Assembly (NCBI RefSeq): GCF_037042905.1
Contig: NC_087261.1
Span: forward strand, 25,546,001-25,610,000
DNA length: 64,000 bases
From: Lytechinus pictus
Lineage: Eukaryota
Direction: 5' to 3'
Below are positions 1-12,268 of the stretch, piece after piece. The position numbers were made by a program, and so were the translations under genes. Position 1 is the stretch's first letter, and every line of letters begins with the position of its first letter. The notes under the pieces were generated by a model that did no database searches, was not told where the DNA came from, and saw only the letters and a list, made by a program, of their open reading frames with translations.

Positions 1-1400
1 AGAAACTCGCATTTTGCTGAAAGATGAAATCTCGAAGTGTCGGTTTGTCAACTTTGGAGCATATCTAATATTAAGGATTTGGTCTTTATCAAAAAAAGTC
101 TTGATATGTTAGCACACTGCCTTTTTCTCACCTCCAAACACAATGTCATACTTCATCAGGTTGTTACGTGTGCTTTTCATGAGGTGAGGCACATCATATA
201 TACAAAATATTTCATGATTGTAATAGTTGAAAGACTTTTGTAACACCCAAATTTTTGAACAAGGACCGGTTGTTCAGACCTTGGTCACACACTAGACAAA
301 CGGGATGGAAGCCAATGGTTATTATGTTGGCTAAACACTGAAAACACTGCTCTGATCCCATTGTTTGAAAAGAAATATCCCAATGGCTGCTTCCATTTGG
401 ATGCCACACCACGTATCATGACAACGAGCGCTTGATTCGCAACTTGGGGGGTTCCCCCAAATTTTCCAAAGTTCTCTAGTCCAGAAACAATGTCATTTTT
501 CTCATCGAAGTGTAAATGTTCTTTTACACTCATCTCATCAATAACGATAGAACAGTACCTATCTCTTTCTGGTAATGTTTGAACCTTTTTTTTCAACGCT
601 TCCAAAATAGCAGCAGAGAAACCAGGCTGGACCTGTATGTCACCAAGCATTCTTTTAATACAAGTCACAGATGGAAGTGCAATTATCTTTCGCATTAGTT
701 TATACCCTTTGGCACTTGCATGGTACAGAGACCCAGCAAAAGGCTTGTCTTTCAAAGACCACCTCCTTCCTTTCCTTTTTCTTTTTCCAACTCTTAGTTG
801 CGACCGGAAAATTGTAAGAGTAGGTTCTTCTAGGTACTTTGATGCCATCAAAATCACATTTATTATAGTACTGATTTCTTGTTTTTTGGTTACCTTTTAG
901 AGATCACTTGTTAGTAATTTAATTTTAGCATTTAACCTTTTCACCTTCTGATTCATTCTTTTTCGCAATTTTAGATTTTCTCTTCTTAATTTTCTGTTCA
1001 TCTCCTCTTGAGTTGGTATTTCTTCTTCTTTTTTTCCCCAGTCGTATCGCCTTTCTCTTATGTGGCTTGCTCCTCTTCAGTTTTCTCTTCTTCCTCTTTA
1101 TTTGTCTTCTTTTCTGTCATTTCTTCTTTCTCTTCATCTGTATTGTCTTATTTGTCTTCAATTGTCCTTGTTTCTTCTTCATCTTTATGTTGTACATCCT
1201 CTTCACCAACCCTTTCCTCTTTCTGTTTACTTGCACTTTCCTCTTTGTCTTTATCTGACTTTTCTTCTTTTTTTAATTTTACCTCATCTTGCTTTTTACC
1301 ATCTTCTTTCTTCAGTTCATTTATCTCTTCTGTCTCTTCCCGTAAGGCGAGTGAATGCCCCAAACTATCCGCATAGTTGTGCTCTAAATATTAGATATAT
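1..1400 (-). pseudogene. Decayed P-element/THAP9-type transposase, frameshifted and running off the window start
   Basis: ORF 285-857 has LPSVTCI..CSIVIDEMSVK..ALVVMIRGVASKWKQPLGYFF. Other frames continue with LVCDQGLNN (212-412) and YDVPHLMKSTRNNL (~160-200). Upstream are an EHNY motif (~1372-1384) and a KE-rich linker. Frameshifts and a stop are present. Confidence 0.85.
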
Positions 1401-3093
1401 ATATATATAAGCAGAGAAATGAAAATTTTAAGCGATATTTTTGTGTGTTGCTGCCCTCTACGTTCGTTGGTTACGACTCGCGAATATCACAAATGGATTA
1501 CTGACGGTACAAAACAGTGACAGCGACTTATACTCACCTGACACTTGTACACAGGGTTCCACGTGGTATATAACAACAGATAACAATATCAGGTTTCTTC
1601 TAAGACTTCTAATAACAGGTTCACCATGGCGCCTGGTGGGGAGCTGCTGGGTTGCATGCGTCCACATTCGTTAGCGTCTTGGGGTCTTCTCTCTCTGTTG
1701 TCTCTCTCCAATCTCTCGCTGATACCGACCAGGCACCAACTTGTGTGCGTGCTGTGCGATGCATGCACGTAGCAGGCAATGTGGGAGCGTACATCAAGGC
1801 TGCTCCAATCAGAGCGCTCCTCACATACACATATCATACACACAAACTTAATATACATGAACATAGATCAATACATAGACTAATACACAGACTAATACAT
1901 ATAGGGTACTACAGCTAGGTACATGGCCCAATTACTACATTCCTCCCGGTTCCATCAGATTGCGACACATATTGACAAATCTATGAATTGGCTATATTGT
2001 GCAATCTCAATAGAAAAACCAGATACGAAGAACTCTGACAGAGGAATGCAATATATGCCTATATGATTAAAAACATGACATCAATAAAATAGCTCAAATG
2101 TTTCTTTACTATATAAATATCCAGTGTAATCATTCTATTTATGATGATTGATTACTCTGAATATTCATATACAGTCATGTACATTGTTTTACATGACCGT
2201 CAGAGAAATACCTTTTTTGTATCATTTAGGCTAAGAATCAGTAGAATGTTGTTTCTTGCCAGATATTTATACAAACAAGTCAAAGTACAAATGAGTCACT
2301 CTAGGTTTATAATTCAAGGTTTATTAAAAACATGTACAGCACATCATGGAATAAAGGAAATCAGGATTCCTGGTTATTTTTTTTTTTCAAACATCAAATA
2401 ATTTTAATATGGTGTTTCATTTTATCACACATATATAATTCTTTTTATTGTTCCTTGATTTTGGTACCGAATGTGATACGAAAGGCTCATGCGTAAGAAC
2501 AGTTTGAAATGTTAATGTCAAAGCCAAGTTGTGCAGCAAAATGGGCCAAGATATTATATTAAAAAGGATACACCAATATGTCGTAAGAAGGGGATGCCTG
2601 ATTCGTTAGCTTTTCTTCTGTAATCTTTGTTAAGTTTAACTAATCTTGAAGTCAGAGTGGATTCAGATTCACACATAAATGTCTGTACAAATTGTTTATA
2701 ACATGTAGTATTTATTATTTTTAATCTGTCATTTCTACATGATTCACTTAGTATTTTGGAACCAAATCATATTCAACAATTGTGATATTAATCTTGGAAA
2801 ACAGCTTTCCTTTTTTATGGGATGCACTATATTTTGTACTATACAGTATGTGGTTAGTTTTGTTGTGTTGAAACAAAATTGTAATTAGATGTGCTAATTA
2901 ATGCTGTGCTGAAAAAACAAGATAATGTACAAGTATGGACTTTTTCCTTTGTTTCAACATTTTTTTTAAATATTGAGATAACTTTTCAATGTAACGATAT
3001 CCATTTTATATTAGCATTGCATCTTTACCTTATCTCTTTTCTGATATGTGCAACATGTATATAAATATGAATTTAGTGAAAAATTTCAATATA

Positions 3094-3913
3094 CAGTGCG
3101 TCCCACAAAAAACGAAACCGAGATTTAGCGATGATTTATCATAACTTAATCATAAATAAAACAGACAAATGACCTATCAATGTAAAGCTTAGAATCTCTT
3201 CTTTCATCTGATATTACTTAGATTATTCCTCATTCACGCATGAGTGAGCAAAAACAATTTGAAGAAAGGATACCAAAAACTCATTTGGCGGGGGGGTATC
3301 TGAATTTCAAAAAGAAAATCACATGCCTAAAAAGTTCAATATCTGCTCTTTTATTTGATACCTTAATCACAAAAAATGGTCCAGAAGTAAAAAAGTTATG
3401 TTCCCTCGAAACAATGCTTGTATTTCCATAATTTCATTAAGTAAACGTGTTTTCACCGGTTTCCCACAGAAGCTATCGCATGGTTAACAAAAGACTTAAT
3501 GCATGGCTGATCGTCAACAAAACTGAGTGCCGAGTGAGTTTGAACGCTAGCATGTAAAACCTCTTCATTTTATGAAATTGTTGAAATTCAAGCCTTATTT
3601 CAAATAACCAGAACTTTGTTATTTCTTGACCATTTTCTGTAATTGAGGTATCAAATTAAAGAGCATATATTGAACTTTAAAAAAATGTGGTTTTCGTTTT
3701 GAAACCCAGATACAGCTCGCCAAATGAGTTTTTGGTATCCCCTCTTCAAATTGTTTTTGCTCACTCATGCGTGAATGAAAAATAATCTAAGTAATTTCAG
3801 ATGAAAGAGGAGATTCTAAGCTTTACAATGGTAGGTAATTGTCTATTGTATTTGTGATTAAGTTATAATAAATCATCGATAAATCTCGGTTTCGTTTTTT
3901 GTGGGACGCACTG
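3094..3913. mobile_element. Tc1/mariner-type MITE with long (~200 bp) TIRs
   Basis: TA|CAGTGCGTCCCACAAAAAACGAAACCGAGATTT ... AAATCTCGGTTTCGTTTTTTGTGGGACGCACTG|TG; no coding capacity. Confidence 0.85.
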
Positions 3914-4699
3914 TGTATACATACCTGTATTGCGTTTATGTTTTATTCCATATAACACACAATTACCTTGTAAATATGAATGCTATATCTCCGAGAATTA
4001 CTGTTATGTACTGAATTATGCCAGATTATTATAAGAAATATCAAAGTCAGTAGGATTTGATAAATATAGATTTATATATAAATCATATGTTATAGACATT
4101 TACACAATATTTTTTAGAAGAGAAAAAGAAAGAAATCAAGGCTGTGAGTCTTTGACAAATGATATCTATAATATTTTCCATTCTTTAATTGTGATTAACT
4201 ACTGAAAAAATATCAATGGTCTGATTACCTGAAGTATGTTAGTTATTTGAAGTAAAAAAATTGAGGATATGACACATATTTTTATGCAATTAACCGTTGG
4301 AGACTGAGCTTGCATTTGTGGGCTAGAGTTTATTGAAAATGTGTGTTATAGCAAGCATATTCAGTCTCTTAGTTTAAAATGTATTTATGGTTTTACATGT
4401 AAATGATAATCTTTCTTTTGAACAGGGTCATTCCGTCATCCAGGCGTGCCAAATTATTTTGAGCTGAAGCTCGGTAAATATGACCTTCATCATGTTTTTA
4501 GCAAGATATTCAAATTTCTGTAGAGTTTGAATACCACAGAATGCTACATGTATGTCGGAACAGCTAAATACGAAATCTTCATTTGAAAAGTTTCAGAGGT
4601 TATCCTAATGAAAAAGGGGAAATGTCATTGAGAAAAAGTGCTATGAACTGGCTCATTGAGGTGGTTATTCATGCATGCCCACTACAACGAGCAACCCCT

Positions 4700-4970
4700 G
4701 GGCCCGTCTTACAAAGAGGTGCGATTGATCTGATCAACCACAACTATGGACGGCCAGCAACGTCAAAATCTTAAATGCAAATTTCTTCAAAATATTTTCT
4801 AGATATGATGTATACTCATAAATTCATCGTTTTCTTGAAAATTTTGTGTGTTCGCCTTTGTTTACAAAGGACATTTTGCGTATTTCCTGTAGAAAAAATT
4901 ATGACACTGATGGATTTCCATAGAGTTACGATTGATTGGATCAATTGTATCTCTTTGTAATACGGGGCCC
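4700..4970. mobile_element. MITE with GGGCCCCGTCTTACAAAGAG-type TIR
   Basis: Terminal inverted repeats; a second copy lies in opposite orientation at 39362-39607. Confidence 0.75.
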
Positions 4971-6802
4971 TGATCTCTGTTTTAATATTTCTCTCTCACA
5001 TTCCTCATCCTGTTATGTTTGTACTTTTACATTTCACAAATATCTCTTTATTTCCAAAGTTGGAGAACTCATTCAGTGAATTTGAATTTAAATTTGCATT
5101 TGTATTTAAGTTTTGAATTTGTCTAGGAATTTGATTATGAATTTGGATTATACATACTTCTTCAGGAATTGGGCATTTTATTTCGTGTGAGAATGTTTAC
5201 ATTGATACTTGTTTCAAGTCTACTTTTATCTGAGAAAGTTTACACAAAATGTTCTGTACTACAGGTATTTATAGAATTTATTATTTGTTCACGTGAATCA
5301 TTATTATCAGTACGTTGAAAATATTGAATAACTTTCTTTTTGATATTTTTCTCTCAGAATTATGTGAGATTTTCCTTTGTTGCAGTGTGTTGAAAATATA
5401 TTTCATATCTTATGAGTCCTTATCAGTTATTCTTCAACTTTTAATAAAATTCAGAAATATAAAGAAAATATGAACATGTGTTTAGTAATTGTACTTTCAA
5501 TTTTGTAATAGTTGAGAGTTGTTCTTTAATCATCATTTAAATCTTAGCAATATGTCACTTATATGCAAAGGTGATATCATTCTAAATGTAATGGAAAAGT
5601 GGGCAAGTTTTTTTTCAGCATTTCTGTGAACATAGAATTGAAGTGGTTTTGAAAAGTAGGTTTGTTTTTAGCTTGTACTTAGCTTACACAAAATTCAAAA
5701 AGGGGTAATTTTTTTTAGCTTGCACAGGAAAGAATGGTGATCCTGGCCCATCCTGTTTTTTTTTTTTTTGGGGGGGGGGGGCTGATGTGCAAATTCCAAT
5801 GTTTTTATTCATAATTTCACATAACAGTCATTTTTAAGGTGATAAGAATTTGACTTGGAATAATTTTTTTCCATTTTCATTATTAAGGCCAGAGCTAGAA
5901 TGTACCTGTCAGCTGCTTGATTATTACTTTCATAAAAAGCAGAATGGGTATACATGTATTTCTTAAATGACAAAAACAGTTTCATAATCTTAATGATGAT
6001 AAAAGGTAAAGATGTCAATTGTGAAGATAAGTATGCATAGATAAGGCGATGGAGATCGATGATGGCAATGATGTTGGTGTTGGTAATAATTAAATCAAAG
6101 TATGGAGAGAGATCGGGAACATATACTTCACCCCTCTTACAATCCTCCCCTCTACATAATCTTCCCCCTTTCTCACGTCTGCTCTCTCTCTCTCAAAAAA
6201 AATAAATATATATTTTACCTTCGTCTTTACGTCTATATGTGTTATGACGGAATAAACCCATTCATAGACTTCGCCCTTATGTAGGATGTATACATATCTA
6301 TCTCTCTCTCGTTCTTTCCTAAAGAACGAGATAGGATACGGTCATACTTAACTATCACAATAGTCTGTAATTACAGACGCTTCTGATGAAGTCTCAATTA
6401 AAAGACGAAAGCTAAAGCAAATAATGGTGTCCTGTGTCATCTGTTGAGTTGGCCTTGCCTCATCTCATTATGTTTAATATTCACAACTCAACAGCGATTG
6501 TTAGAAGTAAACTTATCATCACACTATATCTCTCTCTCTATATACACTACTCAAAAAAAGTTAAGGACCACTTTTTAAAACGTACATAAAGATTTTATAC
6601 AAGGTGTTTTATTTCTGGAAATACCTCAGTACAACTGTCCTAAATGTCCTTAAACACGCTGTAATCAATTTCACGCATGGGTGGTTTCAGTTGTTGCACA
6701 ATGTCTCTCGCATCACTGCACATCCTGAAAAGTGGGCCCCGAGGGGTATCAGCTACCGACATGAAGTGGTAAAAACGAATGTCTGAGTGTCTTTCAGGCA
6801 GT

Positions 6803-7831
6803 TCAGTAACGAGTGTGACCACCTCCTGCAGCAATAACGGCTTCACAGCGCTGTCTCATGGAGCTGATGAGGCGATTGATGTCTCTGACGTCCAGTGCAT
6901 CCCATGCAGCCTCCAGAGCCACACCCAGCTGCTGCAGTCCAAGTGGATGGGCTTCGAGCTGCTCGAGACTCCTCCCCATCATGTCCCAGACGTGCTCTAT
7001 CGGGTTTAAGTCCGGGGACCTCGCTGGCCACTCCATACGCTCAATCCCCTGGCCCTCAAGGAACTCGGTCACCACCCTAGCTCGGTGGGCACGGGCATTG
7101 TCATCCATGAAAATGATGTTTTGTCCCACATTTTCTGCAAATGGCACCACTATAGGTTCAAGGACCTCATCCCTGTACCTCACTCCTGTCATTGCTCCCC
7201 CTGGGACCACGTAGAGACGAGTACGGTTGGCGTAGGTGATGCCTCCCCACACCATGACGCTGCCTCCCCCATAACGGTCATGTTCTGCAATACAGGGGTC
7301 TGCAAATCTCTCTCCTGGTCGCCTCCAGACTCTCGAACGTCCATCATTGTGGTCAAGGGAAAATCTGCTCTCATCTGTGAACAGAACTCTACGCCATTGC
7401 TGTCTGGTCCATCTGACATGCTCCCGGGCCCAGTTGAGACGAATTCTTCTGTGAGCAGGGGTGAGTGGGACACACTGAGCTGGCCGTCTGGCATGCATAT
7501 TGGCTCTGTGAAGTCGGTTACGGATTGTTTGAGTGGAAACAATCACTCCAGTTGCTGCAGCGAAGTCATTGTTGAGGCGGCGTGCACTGTGAAAGCGGTT
7601 GCGGAGGCTGAGATTCGTCAAGTAGCGATCATCTCTAGGGGTTGTCGAAACTGGTCGGCCACTGCGGGGTCTCTCGGAGTATAGCCCTGTCTCTCGGTGT
7701 CTTTGATTTGCTCTGCTAATGACACTGTGTGACACGTCCATCATTCTGGCTACTCTTCGCTGACTGAGGCCAGCTTCCAGCATCCCTAGGGCTCTGGCTA
7801 CATCTGTTTCACTTAGGTGGTGTCTTGGCAT
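6803..7831 (-). CDS. Tc1 DD34E transposase, intact, 342 aa
   Basis: ATG at 7831 (MPRHHLSE..), N-terminal HTH and GRP motif, VLFTDESRF, FMDDNARAHR, then E of SPDLNPIEHVW with 34 residues between D and E. Confidence 0.93.
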   Translation of the reverse strand: MPRHHLSETDVARALGMLEAGLSQRRVARMMDVSHSVISRANQRHRETGLYSERPRSGRPVSTTPRDDRYLTNLSLRNRFHSARRLNNDFAAATGVIVSTQTIRNRLHRANMHARRPAQCVPLTPAHRRIRLNWAREHVRWTRQQWRRVLFTDESRFSLDHNDGRSRVWRRPGERFADPCIAEHDRYGGGSVMVWGGITYANRTRLYVVPGGAMTGVRYRDEVLEPIVVPFAENVGQNIIFMDDNARAHRARVVTEFLEGQGIERMEWPARSPDLNPIEHVWDMMGRSLEQLEAHPLGLQQLGVALEAAWDALDVRDINRLISSMRQRCEAVIAAGGGHTRY

Positions 7832-8077
7832 TGCTGTTGTAGGCAAGTTGTTGATTGTACAGACTAAAGACGGAAAATGCTTTGGAAGACACTTGTCTTA
7901 TGGCCCACTGCAATGATGCCAGAGACATCATGAAAGAACTGCATGTGTGAAATTGATGTCATTGTGTTTGATGGCATTCTGGACAGCTGTATCTTGGCAT
8001 TGCTATTGTCAGCAATTTGTTGATTGTAGAGACTAAAGACAGAAAATGCATTTGAATCCACAGCCAGAGCCCTAGGG

Positions 8078-9058
8078 ATGCTGGAAGCTGGCCTCAGTCA
8101 GCGAAGAGTAGCCAGAATGATGGGCGTGTCACACAGTGTCATTAGCAGAGCAAATCAAAGACACCGAGAGACAGGGCTATACTCCGAGAGACCCCGCAGT
8201 GGCCGACCAGTTTCGACGACCCCTAGAGATGATCGCTACTTGACGAATCTCAGCCTCCGCAACCGCTTTCACAGTGCACGCCGCCTCAACAATGACTTCG
8301 CTGCAGCAACTGGAGTGATTGTTTCCACTCAAACAATCCGTAACCGACTTCACAGAGCCAATATGCATGCCAGACGGCCAGCTCAGTGTGTCCCACTCAC
8401 CCCTGCTCACAGAAGAATTCGTCTCAACTGGGCCCGGGAGCATGTCAGATGGACCAGACAGCAATGGCGTAGAGTTCTGTTCACAGATGAGAGCAGATTT
8501 TCCCTTGACCACAATGATGGACGTTCGAGAGTCTGGAGGCGACCAGGAGAGAGATTTGCAGACCCCTGTATTGCAGAACATGACCGTTATGGGGGAGGCA
8601 GCGTCATGGTGTGGGGAGGCATCACCTACGCCAACCGTACTCGTCTCTACGTGGTCCCAGGGGGAGCAATGACAGGAGTGAGGTACAGGGATGAGGTCCT
8701 TGAACCTATAGTGGTGCCATTTGCAGAAAATGTGGGACAAAACATCATTTTCATGGATGACAATGCCCGTGCCCACCGAGCTAGGGTGGTGACCGAGTTC
8801 CTTGAGGGCCAGGGGACTGAGCGTATGGAGTGGCCAGCGAGGTCCCCGGACTTAAACCCGATAGAGCACGTCTGGGACATGATGGGGAGGAGTCTCGAGC
8901 AGCTCGAAGCCCATCCACTTGGACTGCAGCAGCTGGGTGTGGCTCTGGAGGCTGCATGGGATGCACTGGACGTCAGAGACATCAATCGCCTCATCAGCTC
9001 CATGAAACAGCGCTGTGAAGCCGTTATTGCTGCAGGAGGTGGTCACACTCGTTACTGA
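8078..9058 (+). CDS. Tc1 DD34E transposase lacking the first 16 codons (326 aa from Met17)
   Basis: Matches the left-arm protein except D>G, I>T and R>K; the inverted arm begins at 8062, inside the coding sequence. Confidence 0.8.
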   Translation: MLEAGLSQRRVARMMGVSHSVISRANQRHRETGLYSERPRSGRPVSTTPRDDRYLTNLSLRNRFHSARRLNNDFAAATGVIVSTQTIRNRLHRANMHARRPAQCVPLTPAHRRIRLNWAREHVRWTRQQWRRVLFTDESRFSLDHNDGRSRVWRRPGERFADPCIAEHDRYGGGSVMVWGGITYANRTRLYVVPGGAMTGVRYRDEVLEPIVVPFAENVGQNIIFMDDNARAHRARVVTEFLEGQGTERMEWPARSPDLNPIEHVWDMMGRSLEQLEAHPLGLQQLGVALEAAWDALDVRDINRLISSMKQRCEAVIAAGGGHTRY

Positions 9059-10257
9059 ACTGCCTGAAAGACACTCAGACATTCGTTTTTACCACTTCAT
9101 GTCGGTAGCTGATACCCCTCGGGGCCCACTTTTCAGGATGTGCAGTGATGCGAGAGACATTGTGCAACAACTGAAACCACCCATGCGTGAAATTGATTAC
9201 AGCGTGTTTAAGGACATTTAGGACAGTTGTACTGAGGTATTTCCAGAAATAAAACACCTTGTATAAAATCTTTATGTACGTTTTAAAAAGTGGTCCTTAA
9301 CTTTTTTTGAGTAGTGTATATATACATACATACATTATCTTTTTCTTGATTTGTCTTTTCTATCTGGCATTTTCCAGAGGTAGAGTTACAATAAAAATTG
9401 AAAAATAGATCGATATGCTCTGATCTATATTTTCAACAAATTTGACAAGCAAAAAAAAAGAAAGGTTTTTAACCAAAAATAGAAGAGGATATTGCATCAA
9501 AAAATAATAATGGTGTCCTGTGTCATCTGTTGAGTTGGCCTTGCCTCATCTCATTATGTTTAATATTCACAACTCAACAGCGATTGGTAGAAGTAAACTT
9601 ATCATCACACTATATCTCTCTCTCTATATATATATACATACATACATTATCTTTTTCTTGATTTGTCTTTTCTATCTGGCATTTTCCAGAGGTAGAGTTA
9701 CAATAAAAATTGAAAAATAGATCGATATGCTCTGATCTATATTTTCAACAAATTTGAGCAAAAAAAAAGAAAGGTTTTTAACCAAAAATAGAAGAGGATA
9801 TTGCATCAAAAAAAAAAATTGACAACCAAAACACAAAAAACAAACAGACCAAAAAAAGTCTTCACTTTCAAAGGGGGGGGGGGGGGAGAGGGCAAACTTC
9901 TGTTTTAATGCCATTTTTATATAAATTTGAATCTAAAAGGGGGGCACGGGCCGGCTAGTCCCCCCCCCCCCGGATCTGCCAGTGCACAGACATGTCTATA
10001 CCTCTCTTTTAATACTTCTTTTTGCTTCTTTATTCTTTCTCTAAACTATATTCTTTAGGGGCAGTCACCCGCCCCCCCCCCCCCGATTCCGTAATGCATA
10101 TGCTATAGATCTAGGCCCTATGTATATTTCCAACTTTTCCTCGTGCAAATAGATGTAAAATGTGGCTTAATTCCTAATGGAAATTGTTAATCATCATTGT
10201 TGTAAATAATTGTGAATTAATATTGACCCCCTCATTTTCTCAAATCTACAAAAATCC

Positions 10258-11063
10258 ATAGGTGAGAGATCGAGACGGCGCATGGATATAACTGGGATAG
10301 CACACAAAAATTAAAACTAGCTAATATCCATTCAAAATCCATTCTGTCTTATAGAGCTTTGTGAGAGCTTTATTTTGATACCAACTTCATGTAAATTGAC
10401 CAATGTTTGGTAAAGTTATGGTCGATTTAAGTTATCGGAAAAAGGGTAAAAACCTGCCGGAAATCATCAAAATCGCCCTAAAAAGGCAAAAAATGCGTTT
10501 TTGGGCAAATTCAAGTATCTGTCACATGAAAAATATGATTATATAGTGTCTAAAAACAATTAAACATAGCTATAGCACTTGTGTTCTACACAGTCTGCAA
10601 AAACGGGATCACATGAGTAAGTTACTGCTGAATTATAGTCGTCAGAGTGGGACCTATTAATTCAAAATCACCCATCCGCAACCACAGAAAAACCTTCAAA
10701 ATATGCAAATGAGAGCTAATTAATATGCGTAAATGCAATATCTCCAGTTATATTAGGTTTCACGCAATGAAACTTGGCAAGATGTTTTCTTGCACTAAGA
10801 CCTTTAATTTTCACCACTTTTGTACAATCTTATTTGACAAATATGCAAATTAGCTCATTTATTATGCAAATTAGCTAATTTATGCATAATTATTAATACA
10901 TAATTCATCAAAGATTCATCGGCAACAATCAAACCATCCTACAAATTGTCTCTTTCATATGGGTTATACAAGGTTGATAAACTTTATGATTTCACAACAC
11001 TTATCTTTTACCTATACAGTGCTGAAAATGAGTTTAAGAACAGCACTGGACAGATAACCTTAA
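10258..11063. mobile_element. Probable non-autonomous DNA transposon fragment ending ..GATAACC|TTAA
   Basis: Subterminal-type motifs (tattttgataccaacttcat, repeated atatgcaaat) and a TTAA end; the partner end was not found. Confidence 0.3.
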
Positions 11064-12268
11064 TGAAAGAGGATATTATTATTAACATGCCAAAGACAGC
11101 ACATATCTGTTCTTGGCAGTTCTGAAATTGAATGATCAGTTGCTGCACAAGTCAATCCAGGCTGGTATTTGAGTTTTCTTTCAAGTATCACAATAATATT
11201 ACAGATGCTGTTTCATTAGATATTTTAATATATTCCCAATTTTAGCATAATAAATTGAATTTTTAATAACATTGATGTTTAATACATTTCTATGAATTCT
11301 GACTTCAAACAATTTAACAAAAAATAACTGTAATCTTCATCCCATTTCAAGTAGGTCATGACAAGGACAATGAGCAACAGCCAAGGGAATCAAATCGAGA
11401 AAGGGGAAACTGCAGCCAGACACAAATGAGCGGACAACCTGATGAGAAGGGATAAGAGGGCATTCAAGGCATAGTAAAAGCCATTGGACAGTCTGCATAA
11501 GATATTCTACCTCATTCATTGAACTTGTGTTTTTTTTTTAGCACAACAATAATATAACAGATGCTGTTTCATTAGAATTTTCCAAAATCTGCCTGGTAGA
11601 TTTTTGATTGCAGGTTTGTATAAACTGTAAGAGTAAAAAATTAATTGGTGGACTGGTACAAAATTTTGAAAGACATTCATATTATATGTACCACAAACTA
11701 GTGTCTCAATATGGCAGGAAATATTACAATTCAATGTTTTTATGTATTGCAAAAGATGAAGTAATCTTGATTTACTACAAAAAGAGCAGCTATAAACATG
11801 TACTGAGTAAAAATAATTTGTACATTAGTGTTATTCCCTGAACATAATTGTAATTGGTGGATTCATGCAATAAATGCAATTACATTGAGTAAAAACGAAA
11901 TTTATTTTCGGTGTGTGCATGAATAGTTTCTTTTCAAACACACAAAAAAGATAGCAAATTTATTTCACATACCTCTTTATCTGTCGACATGGATGAATTA
12001 CTGAATTCCAGAAGATATATGTTCCATTACTAAGCATTGTCAAACCACCATAGAAGTCTGATATGTAAATAATTTGTCCAAATAATAAAGGTTAGTGATC
12101 CATTAAGTATTCATTTCAATATCCTGATGAATTGATAAGTAATCTTTCTCAAATCAATGCTATAACTCTGAAGTGAACTTGGGCCAAAATCTCTTGTGCA
12201 GAGTTCATTTTCAGTTAAGACATCATTTTTCTTTCCTTTGTACAAATGAATAACTTTGGCTGCCTTTC

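Larger units (their letters stand above)
6545..9316. mobile_element. Palindromic Tc1-family element: 1255-bp inverted arms around a 262-bp spacer, TA target duplication
   Basis: 6545-7799 is the reverse complement of 8062-9316 with about 4 mismatches; ends are TA|CACTACTCAAAAAAAGTTAAGG ... CCTTAACTTTTTTTGAGTAGTG|TA. Confidence 0.95.
6420..9815 (+). repeat. Tandem duplication of a ~310-bp unit; copy 1 (6420-6544 + 9317-9504) is interrupted by the Tc1 palindrome, copy 2 (~9506-9815) is empty
   Basis: AATAATGGTGTCCTGTGTCATCTG...TATATACATACATACATTATC...GCATCAAAAAA occurs twice, nearly identical. Confidence 0.9.

Noticed and set aside
1862..1905. 12-bp repeat (atagactaatac) as the P-element terminus
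   Set aside because: Orientation does not fit the minus-strand element and the other end is outside the window, so it cannot be supported.
6604..9257. Mirror-image small ORFs overlapping the Tc1 transposases
   Set aside because: Alternative-frame and antisense by-products that occur twice only because of the palindrome.
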